Source of the DNA: Escherichia phage vB_EcoP_Bp7
Sequence record: NC_079181.1
Strand: one strand, 5' to 3'
DNA length: 52,615 nucleotides
Below, one piece after another: positions 46,355 through 52,615 of the stretch (within the stretch, counting starts at the first letter, position 1; each line of letters opens with the position of its first letter). The notes under the pieces are model-generated. The model was not told the origin of the DNA and ran no database searches. It saw only the letters and a list, made by a program, of their open reading frames with translations. The translations under genes were made by a program, and so were the position numbers.

Positions 46355-47502
46355 TGACTCAACGTCTTAAGTTTAATTTTCCCTGGGCGCAAGATGGTGA
46401 AGTTAAAGACCCGGACTTGGATACCACTGCGCCAAGTTTTATCGAAAACAGGTACGCCAATCTGGGCTGGGAAGCTGAAAAGCCTCCCAATGAGTGGCAG
46501 AACTTCTTATCTCAAATTAGCGATTTGAAGATTATATCCCTGCTGTTCAGTGGCATTGCTGAGTTTGATTCAAGTGTGACTTATCAAGTTGGTGCAGTAT
46601 CTTCCCTCAATGGTGTTGTTCGTGTATATACACCAACAGGTTGGGAAGAGGTGATGGACCTCAAGAGGGTTGACTATCTTAATGACGTCAGTAACTTGAA
46701 GTCCCTCTACGATAGTCACTTGGCTGCAACCAATCCACATAAAGAAACTGTGGACACCATCACAGACAAAACTTATAGCAAAACTGATATAGATGATGCC
46801 TTTGGAAGCGCCACAGACCCAAGGACCATAGTGTATCATAAGCTACAAACTGGCCGTGTACACCAAGAAACTCCACAACAACTTGGAACACTTCCAACAT
46901 CTGGTGGTAAGTTTTCCGGTCCTGTGTCGCTGTTGGCTGGGATGAAGTTTGGGACAAACGTCACAATTCGAATGAACCCCGAAAACGGGAGAATTGAGAT
47001 GCGTGCAGGTAACAGAGTTCTATCCATTGATGCACTTGGCAATGTTCTGTGGAGCATAGTTGGTGGCGAAGAGTATCCAGTTATGACGGAACTGAACTAC
47101 TCAGAGTTTCAGATTCGCTGGGGAAACAGGTTCGCACTTCCTGTGCCATACCTTGACATGAACATCACCAAAACCCTAAACGACGCATCCTCCGTAAATG
47201 GCTGGACTATCACAACATCTGCCCCTCCTGTTTTCCAGGCTGTAGACGGAGGACTCAGGGTAGATAATAACACAGTAACTTTCGAAGGCTTTCAGAACGC
47301 AGCACCAGGAACTTTTGTGGTTTATGCTATGGATGGTACAGGCAAGAAGTTGCGAGCTGTGGTAGACGCTCCTAGTGGAAACTACACATCAATGGGCACA
47401 CTTCTAACAAACCTGGGCTTGACAAATGCAACGTATGTATCAAGGATTACATACTACCCAAGACTGACAGCCTACAATAAATCAATGTTAGCGAGCGTAT
47501 AA
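46354..47502 (+). CDS. tail fibre protein (382 aa)
   Basis: Position after baseplate genes; contains a fibre-type NPHK motif. Confidence 0.5.
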   Translation: MTQRLKFNFPWAQDGEVKDPDLDTTAPSFIENRYANLGWEAEKPPNEWQNFLSQISDLKIISLLFSGIAEFDSSVTYQVGAVSSLNGVVRVYTPTGWEEVMDLKRVDYLNDVSNLKSLYDSHLAATNPHKETVDTITDKTYSKTDIDDAFGSATDPRTIVYHKLQTGRVHQETPQQLGTLPTSGGKFSGPVSLLAGMKFGTNVTIRMNPENGRIEMRAGNRVLSIDALGNVLWSIVGGEEYPVMTELNYSEFQIRWGNRFALPVPYLDMNITKTLNDASSVNGWTITTSAPPVFQAVDGGLRVDNNTVTFEGFQNAAPGTFVVYAMDGTGKKLRAVVDAPSGNYTSMGTLLTNLGLTNATYVSRITYYPRLTAYNKSMLASV

Positions 47503-48876
47503 ATGGCGATTCGTCCTAAACTGAACCGAGTCTGGACCTCAAACAACTCTGTCGCAAGACGTGACCCAGGGGATGAAAAATATCTCAAGGGTTGGGTTGC
47601 GGAGATTCCGACCTATCAGGTTCTTAACTACCTACAATACAAGATTGACACCACAATGCTTGCACAAGCAGAACGTGGAATCTTTGAGTGGGGCAGTGAT
47701 GTAAGTTATGGCGTTGGTAGTTTGGCTTGGGACGAAACAAACAAAACGATTTATGTTTGTACTGTCGCCAACCCCAACAAAACCTTACGCCCAAGTGCAA
47801 ACTCTGCACAGTGGAGTCCAAGCTCCATTCAAGTTTCTCGTGCGAATTACGACTCAATTGTTGCAGCAATCAATGCACACATTGCAGACGTAACCACAAA
47901 CCCGCACAAGGTAACTGCTGCACAAATTGGTGCATACAACAAGTCTGAACTTGATGCGATTGTGGCCAACTATCGTGCAATGGTTCAAGCGCACGTAACG
48001 GATTACAACAATCCACACAAACTTACTGCGGTCCAGGTTGGTGCTGTCCCTGTGGCTGGTGGTGCATACACTGGTGAAGTTACCTTCACAACCGTGTTTC
48101 TGAATGATTCTAAGACTGCCCAGATTGTTAACGACGGTGGATTGTATCTTCGCAATGGAAGCTACTATCTTGGAATCAACGGGGCCACAGGAAATGCAGA
48201 AGTCGGAACAGCTTCAAGCAAGTCCCCTGTCGTAACTGACTTAACATTCCCGACACTCAAAGTTGCAACTGAACCTGAGTATGCAGTGCCGGAACCAATT
48301 GTTAACATGCCCCTTATTGGCAGCATCAACCTGCGAGCCGGGATTGGTAAGGTCAACAGCAGTGCCAACGAGCCAGTATATGCACCGCAGTTTGGTAATG
48401 CACTATTGGTAAGACATGGTGCTGCTTTTGGGATACGCGGCACTGAAGAGGTGCTGGCAGGTGGTAGACAAGCGACACTTGCCATTGACACCATATTCTC
48501 CGGTACTCCGATTGGAGGTAATTGGTTGTGGGACTTTGGTCTTGGTTGGTTTACAATTCTTGTAACACCCAACAGGGATGTCCGGTGTGAGATTAAAGGG
48601 ACAGGAACTGTTGCAGTATCTAATAGTGTAACCTTGCCGATGAACGAGTGGGTTCGCATTGTTGCTACATACAATGCGGCAACAGGGAGGGTTTGTCTGT
48701 ACATCAATGGCGTAAAAGCATTCGACCTTACCCCAAGTAACCTCCCAACAACAGGATTTAGGGAGGGGACTATCTATAATTCGGTATCAGCATCATATCC
48801 TAATATCTCCACATACTTGCGAAACTTCCGAGTATGGTCTGACGAGTTAACAGACAAACAAGTTTCAACCTTATAG
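47503..48876 (+). CDS. tail fibre protein (457 aa)
   Basis: Repeated tail-fibre motifs TTNPHKVTAAQIGA and NNPHKLTAVQVGA. Confidence 0.55.
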   Translation: MAIRPKLNRVWTSNNSVARRDPGDEKYLKGWVAEIPTYQVLNYLQYKIDTTMLAQAERGIFEWGSDVSYGVGSLAWDETNKTIYVCTVANPNKTLRPSANSAQWSPSSIQVSRANYDSIVAAINAHIADVTTNPHKVTAAQIGAYNKSELDAIVANYRAMVQAHVTDYNNPHKLTAVQVGAVPVAGGAYTGEVTFTTVFLNDSKTAQIVNDGGLYLRNGSYYLGINGATGNAEVGTASSKSPVVTDLTFPTLKVATEPEYAVPEPIVNMPLIGSINLRAGIGKVNSSANEPVYAPQFGNALLVRHGAAFGIRGTEEVLAGGRQATLAIDTIFSGTPIGGNWLWDFGLGWFTILVTPNRDVRCEIKGTGTVAVSNSVTLPMNEWVRIVATYNAATGRVCLYINGVKAFDLTPSNLPTTGFREGTIYNSVSASYPNISTYLRNFRVWSDELTDKQVSTL

Positions 48877-48885
48877 GAATTAAAA

Positions 48886-49929
48886 ATGGCTAAAGGTTAT
48901 TCTTTAGATGCGTTGGTTAGTGAGCACTACATGAAGTCTCGAGTTGCACTAGGGACAACAAACTTAGACACATATACCGGTATGGACAATATCGGTGTGT
49001 TCTACCAATACTCAAATGCCAACGCAACAAGTGAAAATGGGTATCCGGCAGGTGCACAAGCAGGTTCCCTAGAAGTTCTTCCCCACAACGCCAACAAAGA
49101 TGGTCATGTGCTGCAAAGGTACACAAACTTTTCAAATAAACGTATGTGGGTAAGAAGCCAGTCTGGTGGCGCAAGTGATGATAACTTCTACGAGTGGACT
49201 GAGTTCGTTAACATGAACAACATCTACAATGCTATCTACCCAATAGGCATTGTGTTGCAGTTTGACAACGCCACCAACCCGAACAATATGTTCACCGGTA
49301 CTGTGTGGGAACAAATCACAGATGGTCGTTCTGCCCGTGCTGCATTCTATGCGACAGCTGGCACTATTGATGGTCAGATTGGTTCTGTGGGTGGCAGCGA
49401 CTCTGTATCTATTGCTGTAGATAACTTGCCGAGCCACACACACAACATGCGAGCGCATACCCACTCCATCGGTGCTCATACCCACACAATGGCCCATACC
49501 CACTCCATAAACCATGACCACGGTGCGGTTAACACAAGCTCCACTGGTGCTCATACTCACAGTGTGAGTGGCTCTGCTGCCTCCAATGGTGCACACACAC
49601 ATGGTGTGGGTGAAAATGTTACAACCAATGCCGGTAGTGGTAGAACCGTAAACATGAGCACTGGTAAAATAAACCTCTATACTGGCTCTTCTGGTGCCCA
49701 CACTCACACAGTAAGCGGAACTGCTGCATCTGCTGGCGCACACTATCACTCCGTGGACTTGCCAAACTTCACTGGTACAAGTGGTGGCTCAAGTGCTGCA
49801 GACACTGGTGGAACGGCCTTGACTACAGGTGGCCCAAGCAACAACACTTCTGATGCTACGGGCGGTGGCAGCAACCTCAATGTGCGTAACTCCTCACACT
49901 ACTATGCCTTCTGGAAACGGACGGCTTAA
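48886..49929 (+). CDS. tail fibre distal/tip protein with His-rich HxH repeats (347 aa)
   Basis: Repeats of GAHTH / HTHS / HYHS around 49430-49760, resembling metal-coordinating HxH motifs of T4 gp37-type fibre tips. Confidence 0.55.
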   Translation: MAKGYSLDALVSEHYMKSRVALGTTNLDTYTGMDNIGVFYQYSNANATSENGYPAGAQAGSLEVLPHNANKDGHVLQRYTNFSNKRMWVRSQSGGASDDNFYEWTEFVNMNNIYNAIYPIGIVLQFDNATNPNNMFTGTVWEQITDGRSARAAFYATAGTIDGQIGSVGGSDSVSIAVDNLPSHTHNMRAHTHSIGAHTHTMAHTHSINHDHGAVNTSSTGAHTHSVSGSAASNGAHTHGVGENVTTNAGSGRTVNMSTGKINLYTGSSGAHTHTVSGTAASAGAHYHSVDLPNFTGTSGGSSAADTGGTALTTGGPSNNTSDATGGGSNLNVRNSSHYYAFWKRTA

Positions 49930-49936
49930 GGAAACA

Positions 49937-50278
49937 ATGGAACGATTATCCATTCAAATGTTTGTGGACCTGATGCACCAATATGGCGTATGGCATGGAT
50001 TATTGGCTGGTCTTACGGCTTTAATTCGTGGGGCATATGAGAGTGAAGGCTTAAGCAAGGCGCTGCTGGATGCGGCGCTGTGCAGCTTAATCGGCCTGTT
50101 TGCCTTTCATGTTGCTGGCACATTTGAGACTTTCACGACTAACGTCACTATGCAGTTAGTATTGGCTATCGTTATTGGTGTCATTGGTGCAAACCTCATT
50201 ATCACAACTGTCAGGGAAAGTTTCTCTGGCGCAATCAAACAACTTAACCCTTTGACGTGGTTCAAGAAGGTACGATGA
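49937..50278 (+). CDS. putative holin (113 aa, three predicted TM segments)
   Basis: ATG at 49937 with AAGGAAA upstream; three hydrophobic stretches; directly upstream of the endolysin. Confidence 0.5.
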   Translation: MERLSIQMFVDLMHQYGVWHGLLAGLTALIRGAYESEGLSKALLDAALCSLIGLFAFHVAGTFETFTTNVTMQLVLAIVIGVIGANLIITTVRESFSGAIKQLNPLTWFKKVR

Positions 50279-50295
50279 AATGATAAGGAACTCGA

Positions 50296-50850
50296 ATGCT
50301 ATCATTCAAAGTCCTTGCAGTTCTGGCAGCTTTAGTTCACATCAACGCCCCAGCTTCGGTTGGGGCAGTGAATTCTGCTATTACAGATTTTGCAAGTCAT
50401 TCCTATTTAAATGGAAGTCTGAAACTATCTTCTTCACAACGCAAAGAGCTAGAATGCTATACTAAAGTTATTTGGTATGAAGCTCGCGGAGAAGACAAAC
50501 ATGGAAAGATTCTGGTAGCTAATGTCGTCCGTAATAGAACCAAGTTCGGGAAGCCATTCGCTAACACCGTTTGTGATGTTGTCTATCAACGCAATCAATT
50601 TGCATGGACACGAGAAGCAAAGAAGAAGAATGCTCAATGGAAGCATGTAGCAAAGATTAATTATGCCACGGAACAACAACAAGTTCTGGACACCATTAAT
50701 GTTGCAATCTCTTTTGTATTATTTAATCAACCCTCTGTCACCAAAGCAACCCACTTTTGTACAGCATCGGAGAAGTGCAACTTCAAGAATGTCAAAGGTT
50801 TGGGACGTTACGGTGGCCACAAATTCTATGAGTATCTAGGAAATCTGTAA
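50296..50850 (+). CDS. endolysin, SleB-like cell wall hydrolase with N-terminal signal/SAR-like segment
   Basis: Hydrolase_2/SleB signature [22 protein letters not shown] ... VVYQRNQF; N-terminal hydrophobic [19 protein letters not shown]. Confidence 0.7.
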   Translation: MLSFKVLAVLAALVHINAPASVGAVNSAITDFASHSYLNGSLKLSSSQRKELECYTKVIWYEARGEDKHGKILVANVVRNRTKFGKPFANTVCDVVYQRNQFAWTREAKKKNAQWKHVAKINYATEQQQVLDTINVAISFVLFNQPSVTKATHFCTASEKCNFKNVKGLGRYGGHKFYEYLGNL

Positions 50851-51950
50851 TGGCTTACACTACCTTTTCACAAACCAAGAATAACCAACTACTAGAGCCA
50901 ATGTTCTTTGGTCAGAACGTTAACGTTGCTCGATATGACCAACAGAAGTATAGCATCTTCGAGAAGTTAATCGAAAAGCAGTTATCTTTCTTTTGGCGAC
51001 CTGAAGAGGTTGATGTTAGTCAAGACCGAATTGACTATGCTGGTCTTCCTGAATGCGAGAAGCACATCTTCACCAGCAATTTACGATACCAAATCCTGCT
51101 TGATTCCATTCAGGGACGTGGACCAACCACAGTTTTGCTACCAATTGTGAGCATTCCTGAGCTGGAAACCTGGATTGAAACTTGGTCATTCTCAGAGACA
51201 ATTCACTCCCGTTCTTACACGCATATTATTCGTAATATTGTCACAGACCCAAGTGTAATTTTCGACGAAATTGTGGAGAATGAGCACATTAAAATGCGTG
51301 CAATTGGCATCTCCCAATATTATGACGAGCTTCAACATCTAACTTCCATGTGGCATCTGCATGAAGATGAAGTAGACCTTCGTGAGCTTAAGAAGAAGCT
51401 GTATTTATGCCTCATGTCCATTAATGCACTAGAAGCAATCCGCTTTTATGTCAGTTTTGCTTGCTCATTTGCCTTCGCTGAACGCAAGTTGATGGAAGGG
51501 AATGCCAAGATTATTCGCTTAATTGCTCGTGATGAAGCACTCCATTTGACCGGAACTCAACACATGCTGAACCTTCTTGCAAGCGGTGTTGATGACCCAG
51601 AAATGGCAGAAATTGCTAAAGAATGCCGTCAAGAATGCCAACTAATGTTCGAAAATGTAGCCCAACAAGAGAAAGATTGGGCTGATTATTTGTTCAAAGA
51701 TGGCTCAATGATTGGCCTAAACAAGCAAATTCTGTGCGGATATGTGGAATATATCACGAATATTCGTATGCAAGCAGTTGGATTAGATGCTCCATTCAAA
51801 GGTGCTACTAACCCGATTCCTTGGATTAACGCATGGCTGAATTCGGATGCTGTACAGGTTGCTCCACAAGAAACGGAAATTAGTTCGTACCTTGTCGGGC
51901 AGATTGATTCCGAAGTGGACACCAATGCTCTGGGCGGATTTGAGCTGTAA
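50850..51950 (+). CDS. nrdB: class Ia ribonucleotide reductase beta subunit, host-like
   Basis: Near-identical over most of its length to remembered E. coli NrdB ([11 protein letters not shown]..., [40 protein letters not shown]-terminal [14 protein letters not shown]). Confidence 0.92.
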   Translation: MAYTTFSQTKNNQLLEPMFFGQNVNVARYDQQKYSIFEKLIEKQLSFFWRPEEVDVSQDRIDYAGLPECEKHIFTSNLRYQILLDSIQGRGPTTVLLPIVSIPELETWIETWSFSETIHSRSYTHIIRNIVTDPSVIFDEIVENEHIKMRAIGISQYYDELQHLTSMWHLHEDEVDLRELKKKLYLCLMSINALEAIRFYVSFACSFAFAERKLMEGNAKIIRLIARDEALHLTGTQHMLNLLASGVDDPEMAEIAKECRQECQLMFENVAQQEKDWADYLFKDGSMIGLNKQILCGYVEYITNIRMQAVGLDAPFKGATNPIPWINAWLNSDAVQVAPQETEISSYLVGQIDSEVDTNALGGFEL

Positions 51951-52092
51951 CGATTATATGTGAGAAGAGATTCGATGCGTTAGCGTCGTTTCTCTTTGAG
52001 CTAGAATAAGACAAGTAAATTAAATATTTATTTATTCCCAATATTGCTACAATATTAAGAGTAGTATTAGGAATGCGTAAAGTTAAATGGTA

Positions 52093-52149
52093 CATGGTCG
52101 GTCAACTGTATCTGGATAGTAATTCGTTCATGGTCGGTCAGCTGTATCT
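52093..52149. repeat. two 21-bp direct repeats (catggtcggtcaRctgtatct)
   Basis: Copies at 52093-52113 and 52129-52149. Confidence 0.7.
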
Positions 52150-52208
52150 CCTTCGGAGAAGTTATCTCGCCGAAATTTGTTCGAATGGAAAACCGACTAT
52201 TAAATAAA

Positions 52209-52233
52209 TTTTTTTTTTTTTTTTTTTTTTTTT
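52209..52233. repeat. 25-nt poly(T) homopolymer
   Basis: Uninterrupted T run preceded by TAAATAAA. Confidence 0.9.
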
Positions 52234-52330
52234 CAATATTGCTACAGAATTAATGAGACTCAAATTGTTTCAATATTATCGAGACTCGAATTGTTACGAT
52301 ATTAATGAGACTAGAATTGTGGCAATTGCT
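52234..52330. repeat. three tandem degenerate ~30-bp repeats (core atattaNNgagactNNaattgt)
   Basis: attaatgagactcaaattgtt / attatcgagactcgaattgtt / attaatgagactagaattgtg. Confidence 0.65.
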
Positions 52331-52531
52331 CACTTCGCTCGCTTTATATTATAATTTTATTTTTGGGCCAGCGGGGAGGGGAAGCCCAACGTCCTATCGG
52401 ACTTAAAATACGGTCCCTACTCCAACTTTTTCCTACAGCCTATCGGCTTTCAAACAACACCAAGTTAGGCGCTTCGCTTATGGGTCAAGGTCAAAGTCTC
52501 CGTGCTGTTGTAACAATGGCACAGGTTTGTG

Positions 52532-52550
52532 ATATTAGTTGGACGTGAAT
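52532..52550 (+). promoter_or_regulatory. phage promoter-like motif P8 (atattagttggacgtgaat), upstream of the RNAP gene if circular
   Basis: Conserved motif about 65 bp before the window end; RNAP ATG is at base 1. Confidence 0.5.
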
Positions 52551-52615
52551 TGTGTAATGGCTACGCTATTATAATCCGTTTCAGTTAAATCATACACAAT
52601 CTTGGAGACTTACAA

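Noticed and set aside
50850-51950. nrdB as host contamination or assembly chimera
   Set aside because: The gene is in frame and tightly packed after the endolysin (ATGTAATGG junction) and differs from remembered E. coli NrdB by a loop deletion and tail changes; cannot be fully excluded without reads.
1-52615. Integrase, excisionase, repressor or transposase genes indicating a temperate lifestyle or a mobile element
   Set aside because: None recognised in any ORF translation; the genome reads as a virulent phage.

Overview
The window reads as a complete or near-complete genome of a virulent tailed phage of an enterobacterial host, with every convincing gene on the + strand. Nothing was computed or searched; all calls come from reading the ORF translations and the DNA by eye. 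Layout: (1) 1-1941, a compact T7-like single-subunit RNA polymerase, followed by a terminator and a 1.1 kb repeat-rich non-coding region; (2) 3.3-13.9 kb, about 35 small early genes, including an SSB-tail-bearing protein, an M15 peptidase, a very acidic protein and a secreted protein; (3) 11.3-12.2 kb and 13.95-16.55 kb, non-coding islands rich in hairpins, holding an atypical 93-nt tRNA-like gene and a small spanin-like cassette; (4) 16.8-26.3 kb, a T7-like DNA metabolism module (ThyX-like, primase-helicase, family A DNA polymerase, 5'-3' exonuclease, HNH endonuclease, ligase-like enzyme, P-loop kinase, dUTPase); (5) 26.5-49.9 kb, a morphogenesis module with large terminase, putative portal, head proteins, contractile-tail-like sheath/tube genes, a 1241-aa tape-measure-like protein, baseplate genes and three tail fibre genes; (6) holin, SleB-like endolysin and an NrdB almost identical to E. 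coli NrdB; (7) a terminal non-coding region with direct repeats, a 25-nt poly(T) tract and tandem repeats. A conserved ~19-bp motif (ACATTAGTTGGAtgTGAA) recurs at least 10 times upstream of gene blocks and is the likely promoter for the phage RNA polymerase. The most unusual items are a YqaJ/lambda-exonuclease-like nuclease domain embedded in the tape-measure-like protein, a probable -1 frameshift (CCCAAAG) that adds an Ig-like domain to a head protein, the non-coding islands with the atypical tRNA-like gene, and an orphan host-like nrdB with no nrdA.
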